Below, piece by piece: positions 38,176-48,300 of a DNA stretch of 64,000 nucleotides. The DNA comes from Alphaproteobacteria bacterium (lineage in GTDB: Bacteria > Pseudomonadota > Alphaproteobacteria > GCA-2731375), in the NCBI GenBank assembly GCA_965232515.1, contig CBDDPY010000002.1, positions 2,016,001 through 2,080,000 of the forward strand. Reading direction: 5' to 3'. The first letter of the stretch is position 1. Each line of letters starts with the position of its first letter. Under the pieces are notes generated by a model. That model made no database searches and was not told where the DNA came from. It worked only from the letters and a program-made list of their open reading frames with translations. The position numbers were made by a program, and so were the translations under genes.

Positions 38176-41100
38176 ATGACCACGGTCGAAACGCCGCGCA
38201 ATCAGCTTCCCGTCCTGGCGCCGCAGCCCGCGGCCGAACCGGAGGCCGGGCGCGGCGACGATCCGCGGCGCGGCGGCCTGCGCCGCTGGTTCGTGCTGGC
38301 GGCGCTGGTGACGCTGGTCTGGCTCGCCGCCTGCGGCGCCTATGTCTGGTTCTATCTCGGTCCCGATTCGCTCGCCTTCCTGCTGCCGCACGAGCTGGCG
38401 GTCATGGTCAGCGCCGTGTTTACGCCGCTGGTGGTGATCTGGCTGATGCTGCTCTACATGCGCCGCGGCAGCGAGTTGCGCGCGCACGCCATGGCGCTGG
38501 AGACGCGGCTGGACGGCCTGACCTACGCGGACGCCGCCGGCAGCGCCCGCGTCGACAGCATCGGCGAGGCGCTCAAGCGGCAGGCCGACACGCTGAACGC
38601 CGCGACCGAGGCCGCGGTCGCCCGCGTGCAGGAAGCCGAGGGCCAGCTGCGCGAACGCGCCGACGCCCTTTTCAAGGTCGCGGACGCCATCGGCGAGCGC
38701 GCCGACGGCGCCGGCGGGCGGCTGCGGCAGCACGCCGTCGCCCTGCAGAACGCCGCCGCCGGCATCGCCAGCCGGGGCGAGGACCTGGATAAGCAGCTCC
38801 AGGGCCGCGCCGAGCGACTGACCGACGTCGCCGCCAAGGCCGCGAAGGCCGTCGAATCGGCGGTCGACGGCTTCGACAGCCGGGCCGAAGGCATCGAGCG
38901 CGCCGCCGACAAGGCCGCCGAGCGCGTCAGCGCCATCGGCGAGGAGTTCCGCTACCAAGCCGACGAGATCGACGCCGCCGCCGACAAGGCGGCCGAACGC
39001 GCCGCCGCGGCCACCGCCGAACTCAAGGCCGAGAGCGAGGCGATGCTCGACAACGCCGGCGCCGCCGTGCGCCGCGCGTCGGATGCCGGCGCGACCCTGC
39101 GCCAGGACGCCGAAGCGCTGGACCGCTCCGCTGCCGAAATGGCCGACCGGGCCGAAACGCTGCAAACCGATCTGGCGCGCCAGGCCGACACGCTCGCCCA
39201 GGCCGCGACCCGCAGCCGGGACGCCGTCGAATCCGCGCGCGCGTCCTTCAAGAGCCAGACCGACGAACTGCAGACCGCGAGCGACGCCACGCTGCAGTCG
39301 CTGGACGAGGTCGGCCGCCGCACCGTCGCCGCTATCGAAACCGCGAACGAGCGCGCCAGCACCCGCCTGCGCGGCTTCGAAACCCAGACCGGCACCGCCG
39401 TCGAAGCGGCGCGCCGGCAGCTCGACACGGCGCTCACCGGCCTCAGCGACCAGACCGTCGAGGCCATGACGCGCGCCGGCAATCAGGCCGAATCGGCGCT
39501 GCAGGCGCTGGGCGAGCAGGCGACGTCCGTGCTGACCGAGGCCGGCGACGGCTACGCCGCGCGCATGCACGGTCTGACCGCCGCCGCCCGCGCCGCCACC
39601 GGCGCCATCGACGCCGCCGGCCAACAGCTTGACGACCGCACCCAGGCCGTCGAGGCGGCCAGCGACGTCGCCGTGCGCAACGTCGATGCCGTGCGCGGCA
39701 CGCTCGCCGCCGGCGCGTCGGAGATCGAGGCCGCGGCGGCGAAGGCCCATCTGCGCGGCGAGGAACTGCACCACCGCTTCGACGACCTCGGCACGGCGGC
39801 AAGCGAAGCCAACACCGCGCTGCAATCCGCGGGCGACGCCTTCGACGCCCAGACCGCGCGTCTCTCCACCAGCGCCGACGCCATGTCGACCCGCCTGCAT
39901 GAGGCGGGCAGCCTGTTGCGCGAGGAGGCCGACGGCCTGCAATCGACGGCCGACCGCGCTCGCCAGCAGCTCGACGCCGCCAGCGACACGCTCGCCAACC
40001 AGGCCGCCGCCATCACCACCGCTTCGGTGCGGGCCCAGGCCGAGGCCGAGGCCGTCGGCGGCGCGCTGCAGCAGCACGCGGCGACGCTCCACGACAGCGC
40101 CGACCACGCCGCCGACCGCGTGACGCACATTCGCGACATGCTGGAGCGCCAGTCGTCGGCCTTGTCTGATCTCGCGGCCATGATCGTGGCCCAGGCCCGC
40201 GCTGTCGAGGAATCCATGCAAAGCCACGGCGCTCAATTGAAACGCGCCTCATCGGATGCCGCCGAGCGCGTCGAGGAGGCCGGCGCCCGCATCGTCGGCG
40301 AGGTCAAGCGCCTCGGCTCGGCCGCCGAGATGGGCACCGAGCGCATGGCCAACACCGCCGTCGAGATGCGCGAGCACGGCACCGAGCTCGCCGCCGCCGC
40401 CGCCCGCGCCACCGGCCAGATCAACCTGGTTGGCGACCAGATACGCGTGCAGCAGGACGCGCTGGTGGCGTCGGCCGATCAGGCCACGCGTCATCTCGGC
40501 GACGTCACCACCGAGCTGCGCTTCAGCGCCGACCAGGTGCGGCAGGAATCGGAGCGCGCCGGCGAGCTCCTTGACGACAGCAGCGAGCGGCTGATCGCCG
40601 CCGCGACCGAGGCCAGCGAGCAGGTCGGCCGCGCCTCCTCCACCCTGCGCACCGGCGAGCAGCGGCTCGAGCAGACCAAGACGGATGCCGTCGGCCACCT
40701 GATCGAGGCCGGCATCGCCTTCGACGAGCGCGCGGGCCAGCTCACCGAGGCCGCCGACCGCGAGGCCACGCGCATCCTCGGCGCCGGCGTCGCCGTGCGT
40801 CAGGAGGCACAGAATATCGGCGCCGCCTCGGAACGCGCCGCCGGCCGCATGCGCGATGCCGGTCACGACATGATGAGCCGCATGACCGAGCTCGACAGCG
40901 CCGCCAACCGCGTCGTCGCCCAGGCCGAGGAAGCCGGCGCCAGCGTGCGCCAGACCATGCGCGAGGTGAACACCGCGGCCGACGTCGCCGGACCGCAGAT
41001 CGACGATCTCGCCGTGCGCCTGCGCAAGCAGGCAAAGCAGATCGCCGCCGCCTCGGAAGGTGCCGCGGCCGTCGCCAAGCTGGTCGGCCAGACCTTTCAT

Positions 41101-41556
41101 CGCCAGTCCCGCGACCTGGTCGAGGCCAGCAAGGCGGCCGAGATCCAGGCCACCGCGCTCAGCCAGGAGGCCGAACAGCACCGCCGACGCAGCTTCCTCA
41201 CCGGCCTCGGCTACATCACCGACCGGCTGTCGTCGCTCGGCGTGGACCTGACCCGCGCATACGAGAAGAACGTGCCGAACGACGCCTGGCAGCGCTATCT
41301 CGACGGCGACAAGACCGTGTTCGCGCGCCGCATCGTTCAGCGCAAGGACCAGTACTCGCTCGACACCATCAAGCGCCAGTACGCCGAGAACACGGAGTTC
41401 CGCGACAACGTCTCGCGCTACTTCGCCCAGTTCGAGAAGTTGTTGGAGGAAGCCGAGCAGCACGACCCCGAGGACCTGATCAGCGCCGCCTTCCTCTCCT
41501 CCGACATCGGCAAGCTGTATCTGCTGCTGTCCCGGGCACTGGACCGAATTCGGTAG
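38176..41556 (+). CDS. TipN/GPR(RgsE)-like polar scaffold: 2 TM, long apolipoprotein-like helical repeats, conserved C-terminal domain
   Basis: Two N-terminal TM helices, about 950 aa of Ala/Glu/Asp-rich helical repeats, C-terminus W.RY..GD..VFARR...EFR..V.RY...FE.LL...LSSDIGKLY. Confidence 0.75.
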   Translation: MTTVETPRNQLPVLAPQPAAEPEAGRGDDPRRGGLRRWFVLAALVTLVWLAACGAYVWFYLGPDSLAFLLPHELAVMVSAVFTPLVVIWLMLLYMRRGSELRAHAMALETRLDGLTYADAAGSARVDSIGEALKRQADTLNAATEAAVARVQEAEGQLRERADALFKVADAIGERADGAGGRLRQHAVALQNAAAGIASRGEDLDKQLQGRAERLTDVAAKAAKAVESAVDGFDSRAEGIERAADKAAERVSAIGEEFRYQADEIDAAADKAAERAAAATAELKAESEAMLDNAGAAVRRASDAGATLRQDAEALDRSAAEMADRAETLQTDLARQADTLAQAATRSRDAVESARASFKSQTDELQTASDATLQSLDEVGRRTVAAIETANERASTRLRGFETQTGTAVEAARRQLDTALTGLSDQTVEAMTRAGNQAESALQALGEQATSVLTEAGDGYAARMHGLTAAARAATGAIDAAGQQLDDRTQAVEAASDVAVRNVDAVRGTLAAGASEIEAAAAKAHLRGEELHHRFDDLGTAASEANTALQSAGDAFDAQTARLSTSADAMSTRLHEAGSLLREEADGLQSTADRARQQLDAASDTLANQAAAITTASVRAQAEAEAVGGALQQHAATLHDSADHAADRVTHIRDMLERQSSALSDLAAMIVAQARAVEESMQSHGAQLKRASSDAAERVEEAGARIVGEVKRLGSAAEMGTERMANTAVEMREHGTELAAAAARATGQINLVGDQIRVQQDALVASADQATRHLGDVTTELRFSADQVRQESERAGELLDDSSERLIAAATEASEQVGRASSTLRTGEQRLEQTKTDAVGHLIEAGIAFDERAGQLTEAADREATRILGAGVAVRQEAQNIGAASERAAGRMRDAGHDMMSRMTELDSAANRVVAQAEEAGASVRQTMREVNTAADVAGPQIDDLAVRLRKQAKQIAAASEGAAAVAKLVGQTFHRQSRDLVEASKAAEIQATALSQEAEQHRRRSFLTGLGYITDRLSSLGVDLTRAYEKNVPNDAWQRYLDGDKTVFARRIVQRKDQYSLDTIKRQYAENTEFRDNVSRYFAQFEKLLEEAEQHDPEDLISAAFLSSDIGKLYLLLSRALDRIR

Positions 41557-41654
41557 GCGTGCGGCCTCGCCTGACCGGATGCCGAACGAATTCCATGCGC
41601 CATCGGCGGAGTCCGATCCGATCGGAGTCGACCATATTATCTAGATAGACGGCC

Positions 41655-42407
41655 ATGAAACGGCGACAAGTCGAGTGGCGTTGGGAGCATCCGGAGGCGC
41701 AGGCGGCGTTTGCGAAATGGGTCGGCTTTCCGGGCGTGACGGCGACGGCGCGGGAAGTCGACGATATGGAACGGCTTCTGGATCTGGCGCCGCCGGCACG
41801 TATTCTCGACGTCGGCTGCGGGACCGGCCGGCACGCGCTCGAACTGGCGACGCGCGGATATGACGTGCTCGGCATCGATGTGGCCGAGACCTACATCGCT
41901 GCCGCCACGCAGGCCGCGCGACAGGCCGGCATCGCGGTCGTATTTCAGCTGCGGCGCGGGTCCGAGATCGTGGCGCAAAGCCAGTACGATGCCGTCCTGG
42001 CCGTCAATCACACGCTCGGCTTCATGGACGACGAAGAGCTCCGCGCCCAATTCGGCCATATCGCGCGGGCGCTTCGACCATCAGGTCAATTCCTGCTGAC
42101 GACGGCCGGTCCGCAATGGCGGTCGGACGCCGCGCCAGAGCCCGTCAAGAATTGGGGCGAAAAGGACGGCCAGTTCATTCTCTCCGAACGCCGCATGGAC
42201 GGCCGGACCCGCATCGAGCACAACATCGTCATCGACACGGAAAAGAACGAGATCGTCGAATACCACGAGGAACAGCGCGCCTTCGCCCGCGAAGAAGTCG
42301 AGGCGGTGCTGCGAAACGCCGGCTTCACGACCATCGACTGCCGGCAAGACCTCGCCGGCAACGCCGCCAACGACGACGCCTTCGGCGTTTACATCTGCAC
42401 GGCGTAA
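41655..42407 (+). CDS. Class I SAM-dependent methyltransferase
   Basis: ILDVGCGTGRH, VLGID, ALRPSG. Confidence 0.88.
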   Translation: MKRRQVEWRWEHPEAQAAFAKWVGFPGVTATAREVDDMERLLDLAPPARILDVGCGTGRHALELATRGYDVLGIDVAETYIAAATQAARQAGIAVVFQLRRGSEIVAQSQYDAVLAVNHTLGFMDDEELRAQFGHIARALRPSGQFLLTTAGPQWRSDAAPEPVKNWGEKDGQFILSERRMDGRTRIEHNIVIDTEKNEIVEYHEEQRAFAREEVEAVLRNAGFTTIDCRQDLAGNAANDDAFGVYICTA

Positions 42408-42417
42408 TCGCCGGCAG

Positions 42418-45400
42418 CTAGGTCAACGGCTGGTCGCGGATGAACCGCTTGAGCACGTCGCAGAATTCGTCCGTGGCCGTGAATAGCGGCAGGTGGCCGC
42501 TGCCTTCGAAGGCGTAGAGCTGCGCGTTCGGGATCTCCTTTGCCAGATACGCGGCGGCGGCGAAGTCGATCAGCCGGTCTTCCGTGCCGTGCGTGATCAG
42601 GGTGGGGATCGTCAGCCGCTTCAGCAGCGGCGTGACGTCGGACCCGGGATCGGGCGAATAGAAGTTGAGGATCGTATCGCGTGGGAGCTGGATCCGCTGC
42701 TCGAACACCCGGCGTCTCAATTCCTCGGTGCCGGGTTCGCTGTAGACGAAGGCGTTTTGAATGCGCAGCAACGCGGCGATATCTTCGTTCTCGAATGCTT
42801 TGGCGCGCTGCCGCCGGAACGCCGGCGCAAACCCGCCGACATCGCCGCTGGCGGCCTGTGCCGGCGGACACCCCACCGTCACCAGCCGGCAGATCAGTTC
42901 CGGGTTCGAGTCGGCCAGCCGGATCAGCAGGCGGCCGCCCTGTGAGATACCGACCCCGACGATCGGGCCGCGATCCAGTGCCTCGATGACGGCGACGAGA
43001 TCCCGGACATGCTCTTGCAGCGGAAACGGACGGATCAGCGGATCGGACTCCCCTGTGCCGCGCCAGTCCACGGTGACGATGTGAAAGTCCTGGCACAACC
43101 GTTCGATCAGCATTTGGAAGACCGCCAAGCCGTAGACGATCGCATTCGCGAAAACGAGCGTGTGTTCGCCGTGGCCGTGCTCGTAGAACACGATCCTGGC
43201 GCCGTCGCGAACGACCGTCCGGCGTCGGTGGATCATGTTCTGAATGGCGCGTCCGGCCGCGGCGTCGCATCGGGCCGCCAGCGCCGTCTCGTAGAAGGCG
43301 TTGGCGCCGTCGAGATCGCCGTCCAGTCCCGCCAAGCCACCGAGAAGGACCAACGCATCCCGTTTCGTTTCTGAAACACGCGCCAAATCGTTTGGCTCAT
43401 TCGCCGCCGCGGTGGCAGTGGCATCCAGACACATCTGCAAATGCGCGCGCGCCTCGGTATTGGCATAGCGCTGCTTCGCCCGCAAGCCCGCCCGCAGCCA
43501 GTATTTGGCCGCGGAACCGATCGCCCCCGCCTCGCCGAAATGATGCGCCAACAGCTCCGGCTGCCGTTCCGCGACCTGCGGGGACCGTTGTTCGAGATGC
43601 CGCGCGATCCGACCGTGAATTGTTCGGCGCTGGCCCCGCAGCAACGCGTGATAGGCCGCCTCCTGGAGCAACACATGCCGGTAGCTGAAGCTGGCGTCCG
43701 GCGGCGTCCCGCGCGAGAACACCAAACCCGACCGGTCGAATTGTTCAAGCGCCGACAAGAACCGCTGCGCGGACAACGAACTGGCGGCCCGGAGCAGCGA
43801 ATACGGAAACTCGCGCCCAATGACCGCGCCGGCCTTCGCCAGCTCCTTGGCGTCGGCATCCAACTGATCGAGCCGCGCCAGCAACGAGGCCTGCAGGGTC
43901 GCCGGCACGTCCGACGACATTGCGTAACCGCCGGCGGCGGCGCTCAGCAGGGACTTGGACAGCTCCTCGACGAACAGCGGCACGCCATCGGTTCGCGCGA
44001 CGGCCTGGGAGACGATCGCCTCGCTTGCTCTGTCACCGGCCAGCCTCCGGACCAGCGCCGCCGCCTCGGCTCGGCTGAGCCGGCCGAGGCCGACGCCGGT
44101 CACATGCGGCTGTCCGGCAAACGGCGCCGTCCATTCCGGCCGGTGCGTAATGACCATCAGAACCCGGGCATCGCCGATCCGGGACACGACCTGCGCCAGC
44201 AGCGCTTGCGTTGTCGGATCGATCCAATGCGCATCTTCGAACGCGAACAGGACGGGGCGTCGCCGGCTGAGCGCCAGGATCTGCCCACACAACGCCTCGA
44301 CGATCAGCACGCTGCGCCGGTCCGGCGTCAGCTCCAACGCGCTATATCGATCGTCTGCCGGGATCGACAGCAGCGCCGCAAACAACGGCGCGATGTTCCC
44401 GACGTCGCCTTCGGAGATCGATAACAGCGCTTCGAGCTTGTCGAGCTTCGCGCCGTTGTCGTCGCCGGTCGCGAAGCCGGCCACGCGCTCCAACCGCTGG
44501 ATCACCGGATAGAGCGGGCTGTTGCTGTGGTAGGGCGAGCATTGATAGCGCAATCGGAAATGCGGTTCGGGTGCGATGCGCTCGCGCAGCGCCAGCAGCA
44601 GCCGGGACTTGCCGATGCCGGGTTCGCCGGACAACAGCACGACCCGACCCTCCCCGCGTTTGGTCGTCTCCCAGCGATCGAGCAGCATGCCGAGCTCGCT
44701 CCGCCGCCCGATCAGCGGTGTCGGCGACCGCCCGTGCGCGGCTTCGAACCGGCTGTCGACGCGTGCATCGCCGAGAACGCGCCAGGCCGCAATGGCATCG
44801 GCAAACCCCTTCAGGTCGCGCCGGCCCAGATCCTGGAGCGCAAACGACCGCCCCACCAGCCGCCTGGTCGTCTCGCTGATGACGACCTGGCCAGGCTCGG
44901 CGGTCTGTTGTAGACGCGCGGCCAGATTTGGGGTCTCGCCGCTGATGGCGCCCGGATCCCGTCCACTCTCGCCGACGAGATCGCCGACCACGACCAGGCC
45001 CGAGGCAATGCCGACACGCGCGCTCAAGGCATCGCCCTCATCCGTGTGCAGCGCGGCGACCTCCCGTGCCGCATCCAAGCCGGCGCGTACGGCCCGTTCC
45101 GCCTGATCCTCGTGCGCCCGCGGCCAGCCGAAGTAGGTCAGCACGCCGTCGCCCAGATAGCGCGCCACATGTCCGCCATAGCGCGCCACGGCGTCGACCA
45201 CCGCGTCCTGATAACGCTGCATCAGGTCGCGCAGGTCTTCCGGATCGAGCCGGGCCGACAGGGCGGTCGAGCCAACCAGATCGCAGAACATCACGGTCAG
45301 CTGGCGCCGCTCGGCCTCGCCGTGCCTGGGATCCTCGCCGTGCTCCCCGCCGGCCGTCGTGAACGTCCCGGCAATCTCGCGCAGCAGGCGCTTGCGCGGC

Positions 45401-45540
45401 CCCATCGGCACGCCAAGTTCCTTCAGGTCGTCTTCATTGAGCAGCGGAAGGTCGCGGAGACCGATCTGGTTCTCCTCGAACACCGGGGTCAGGTGCTCAA
45501 GCGCAAGCGACGCGAGCCAATCCCGCATGCTGCCTGACAT
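42418..45540 (-). CDS. SAM domain-class III cyclase-AAA/STAND ATPase-alpha/beta hydrolase fusion protein
   Basis: DLKELGV.MGPRKRLL (SAM); FCDLVGST, YLGDG, PNLAARL (cyclase); GEPGIGKS, FEDAHWID (NTPase); GISQGG, HGTED, SGHLP (hydrolase). Confidence 0.88.
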   Translation of the reverse strand: MSGSMRDWLASLALEHLTPVFEENQIGLRDLPLLNEDDLKELGVPMGPRKRLLREIAGTFTTAGGEHGEDPRHGEAERRQLTVMFCDLVGSTALSARLDPEDLRDLMQRYQDAVVDAVARYGGHVARYLGDGVLTYFGWPRAHEDQAERAVRAGLDAAREVAALHTDEGDALSARVGIASGLVVVGDLVGESGRDPGAISGETPNLAARLQQTAEPGQVVISETTRRLVGRSFALQDLGRRDLKGFADAIAAWRVLGDARVDSRFEAAHGRSPTPLIGRRSELGMLLDRWETTKRGEGRVVLLSGEPGIGKSRLLLALRERIAPEPHFRLRYQCSPYHSNSPLYPVIQRLERVAGFATGDDNGAKLDKLEALLSISEGDVGNIAPLFAALLSIPADDRYSALELTPDRRSVLIVEALCGQILALSRRRPVLFAFEDAHWIDPTTQALLAQVVSRIGDARVLMVITHRPEWTAPFAGQPHVTGVGLGRLSRAEAAALVRRLAGDRASEAIVSQAVARTDGVPLFVEELSKSLLSAAAGGYAMSSDVPATLQASLLARLDQLDADAKELAKAGAVIGREFPYSLLRAASSLSAQRFLSALEQFDRSGLVFSRGTPPDASFSYRHVLLQEAAYHALLRGQRRTIHGRIARHLEQRSPQVAERQPELLAHHFGEAGAIGSAAKYWLRAGLRAKQRYANTEARAHLQMCLDATATAAANEPNDLARVSETKRDALVLLGGLAGLDGDLDGANAFYETALAARCDAAAGRAIQNMIHRRRTVVRDGARIVFYEHGHGEHTLVFANAIVYGLAVFQMLIERLCQDFHIVTVDWRGTGESDPLIRPFPLQEHVRDLVAVIEALDRGPIVGVGISQGGRLLIRLADSNPELICRLVTVGCPPAQAASGDVGGFAPAFRRQRAKAFENEDIAALLRIQNAFVYSEPGTEELRRRVFEQRIQLPRDTILNFYSPDPGSDVTPLLKRLTIPTLITHGTEDRLIDFAAAAYLAKEIPNAQLYAFEGSGHLPLFTATDEFCDVLKRFIRDQPLT

Positions 45541-45582
45541 GGACCTCTCCGGCCCAGATATTAGCAAATATTCAGCCGGGCC

Positions 45583-46290
45583 TCATGGTTGGAACTCGGG
45601 CCAGCGTTCGGCGATGACGTTGCGGACGACCGGCATGGCGGCATCGCGCGGCATGCCGGACCGCAGGCGCGGATCGTAGAGCACGGCGAGCAGCAGGCGG
45701 TCGGCCGGCGTCATTTCGAATACGCGGTCGTCCTCGCAGAACACCGACGGCCGGTAGTGGCAGGCGTCGGCCGGCAGACCCATGACCTGCACCAGCTCCT
45801 CCAGGATGCAATCTCGCCGCAGCCGATCCGAGATATCCGTGCCGAAGACGATCACGGCCGAGCCGATCTCGCCGCTGACATGGTTCATGCGATAGGTGGC
45901 CATGCAGGCGATGCGCGGCGCCGCCTGGGCGTTGAGGGAGCGGATGACCTCGGGAAACCGCCGCCGCGGCAGAAAGCCGAGCCGCAGCGTCACGCGATCC
46001 GCGGCGTCGGCCGGCCGCAATTCCCGACCCGTCAGTGCCTCGATTTCCCGCTTCACCGCCGCGAACTCAGACGCATGCCATTGCGCCAGTTCCGTCGTCT
46101 GCGGGGTGTCGAGCCAGGCGAACACCGGATCGGTCGACCATCGCGTGACGATGCCGTGCGTCGTTCGGAAGTCGCTATGGAACGCCGCCGCCTCGAACTG
46201 CGCCGCGACGTTGTCGGGTGTCGGTTCGACAATTCCGGGCCCGCCGAACGCGCACCCCCCAAGCAAGACAGCGATGATGACCGCACGCAT
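45583..46290 (-). CDS. DUF2927 domain lipoprotein
   Basis: Lipobox LGGC; RDCILEELVQVMGL..D, SVF, D..LL..LYDPRL..GM. Confidence 0.8.
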   Translation of the reverse strand: MRAVIIAVLLGGCAFGGPGIVEPTPDNVAAQFEAAAFHSDFRTTHGIVTRWSTDPVFAWLDTPQTTELAQWHASEFAAVKREIEALTGRELRPADAADRVTLRLGFLPRRRFPEVIRSLNAQAAPRIACMATYRMNHVSGEIGSAVIVFGTDISDRLRRDCILEELVQVMGLPADACHYRPSVFCEDDRVFEMTPADRLLLAVLYDPRLRSGMPRDAAMPVVRNVIAERWPEFQP

Positions 46291-46316
46291 CCCCGAACGA
46301 TATCGAGATGACGGGC

Positions 46317-47435
46317 TCAGTCCAGGGCGATGCGGCTCCCGTCGGGTCCAAAGAACAGCGCCTTCGTGGGGTCGATGCCAATCGCAACGTCGGCGCCTTC
46401 GCCATAGTCAGGCTGGCCCTGCACCAGGCCGCGCAGTTCCAGGTCGCCGGCGCGGAGCAGGACCAGAGATTGACTACCCAACAGTTCGACCAGCGCCACC
46501 GTGCCCGTCGCGGCGGTCGACAGCGGATTCAGGTCGACGGCTTCCGGGCGCACGCCCATGGTGATGCCGTCCGCCGGCAGGCGCTGCGCCACCGTGTCGG
46601 GCAGTGGGATGGTGAGGCCGTTGCTGGCGAAGGCAGGCGCGCCACCTTCGCTCGTCAGCATGCCGGACAGCAGGTTGATCTGCGGCGAGCCGATGAAGGT
46701 GGCGACGAACAGGTTAGCGGGGCTGTTGTAGATTTCCTCCGGCGAGGCGAGCTGCTGCACTACGCCCTCGTTCATCACCGCGATCTTGTCGCCGAGCGTC
46801 AGCGCCTCCTCCTGGTCGTGCGTGACGAAGATCATGGTCGTCTGCAGACGCCGCTGAATGAGCTTGATCTCGGTGCGCATCTCGAACCGCAGCGCCGCGT
46901 CGAGCGCCGCGAAGGGCTCGTCCAACAGGAACGCGTCCGGCTCCATGACCACGGCGCGGCCGAGCGCCACGCGCTGGCCCTGCCCGCCTGAGAGCTCGCG
47001 CGGCTGGCGGTCCAGCAGCTCGTCGATATGCAGCAGGCGCGCGGCGTCGGCGACGCGCCGGTCGATTTCGGCGCGCGGCAGCTTGCGCTTCATGTCGAGC
47101 CCGAAGGAGATGTTCCGCCGCACCGAGAGATGCGGGAACAGCGCCGTCGCCTGGAACACGTAAGCCAGATTGCGGTCCTTCGGCGCGATGCCGGCGAGAT
47201 TGCGGCCGCGCACCCAGATCGCGTCCTCGTTGTCCGGCCGTTCCAGGCCGGCGATGCAGCGCAATGTGGTGGTCTTGCCGCAGCCCGACGGCCCCAGCAG
47301 CACCAGCAGCTCGCCGTCCGGCAGGTCCAGCGTGACGTCGTCGCAGGCCACAACGCCGCCGCCGCGAAAGGTCTTGCGCAGCCGGTTGACGAAAATGCCG
47401 GCGCTGTCCGCCCGGCCGCTTACCGTGTCTAACAT
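46317..47435 (-). CDS. Carbohydrate ABC transporter ATP-binding subunit
   Basis: GPSGCGKTT, LSGGQGQRVALGRA, LLDEP, VTHDQEEA, TOBE tail. Confidence 0.95.
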   Translation of the reverse strand: MLDTVSGRADSAGIFVNRLRKTFRGGGVVACDDVTLDLPDGELLVLLGPSGCGKTTTLRCIAGLERPDNEDAIWVRGRNLAGIAPKDRNLAYVFQATALFPHLSVRRNISFGLDMKRKLPRAEIDRRVADAARLLHIDELLDRQPRELSGGQGQRVALGRAVVMEPDAFLLDEPFAALDAALRFEMRTEIKLIQRRLQTTMIFVTHDQEEALTLGDKIAVMNEGVVQQLASPEEIYNSPANLFVATFIGSPQINLLSGMLTSEGGAPAFASNGLTIPLPDTVAQRLPADGITMGVRPEAVDLNPLSTAATGTVALVELLGSQSLVLLRAGDLELRGLVQGQPDYGEGADVAIGIDPTKALFFGPDGSRIALD

Positions 47436-47457
47436 CGCGTCCCCGTCCCCACCGTCA

Positions 47458-48288
47458 TCATGTCGCCGCCGCGAAGGTGCTGGAAAGATAGCGCTGCGCC
47501 ATCATGTAGAGCGCGACCGGCGGAATGCCGGTCACCAGCGTCATCACCGTCAGCACCTCCCACTCGATGCGTTCGCCGCCCGCCGTCGCCACGTAGATCG
47601 CCACCGACGCGGTCTGCGGCCCGTCGCTGTTGGTCAGCATGTTGGCGAACAGGAAATCGCTCCAGCCGTAGAGAAACGCCAGGAACATCACCGAGATCAT
47701 CACCGGCTTCGCCAGCGGCACCATGACCTTGTAGAAGGCCTGGAACTGCGTGCAGCCATAGACCATCGCCGCCTCCTCCAGATGCGGCGGCAGCTGCGCG
47801 AAGAAGCCGCGCAGGATCCACACGCAATAGGGCACGGCGAAGATCTGGAACGCCAGCCACAATCCCGGCAGCGTGTTGTAGAGCCCGGTTTTGATCCAGG
47901 TGATGGTGATCGGCACGATCAGCAGGATGAACGGAAACACCAGCGTGCCGACGATGACGTAGAAGAACGTCTCGCGCATGACGAACTGCTTGCGCGCGAA
48001 GATATAGGCGCCCGGCAGCGCGATGATCAGCGCCAGCACCGCCGCGCCGAAGCCGGCGACCAGGCTGTTGAAGAGATAGACGTGGAACCGGTAGGTGGCG
48101 AAGACCTCGTACCAGGCAACGAAACTGATCTTCTCGGGCCACCAGCTGATCTCGTAGACCTCGCCCGGCGACTTGAAGGCGGTGACGATCACATAGGCGT
48201 ACGGGATCAGCACCATGGCCAGGATCAGCCCCAGCACCGCGAAAGTCACGGTGCGGCCGAGCGGCCCGGTGCGGGATTCGTCAGCCAT
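47458..48288 (-). CDS. Carbohydrate ABC transporter permease (MalG-like)
   Basis: TAFK, NSL, LEEAAMVYG (EAA loop). Confidence 0.93.
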   Translation of the reverse strand: MADESRTGPLGRTVTFAVLGLILAMVLIPYAYVIVTAFKSPGEVYEISWWPEKISFVAWYEVFATYRFHVYLFNSLVAGFGAAVLALIIALPGAYIFARKQFVMRETFFYVIVGTLVFPFILLIVPITITWIKTGLYNTLPGLWLAFQIFAVPYCVWILRGFFAQLPPHLEEAAMVYGCTQFQAFYKVMVPLAKPVMISVMFLAFLYGWSDFLFANMLTNSDGPQTASVAIYVATAGGERIEWEVLTVMTLVTGIPPVALYMMAQRYLSSTFAAAT

Positions 48289-48300
48289 CTCGGGTCACCC

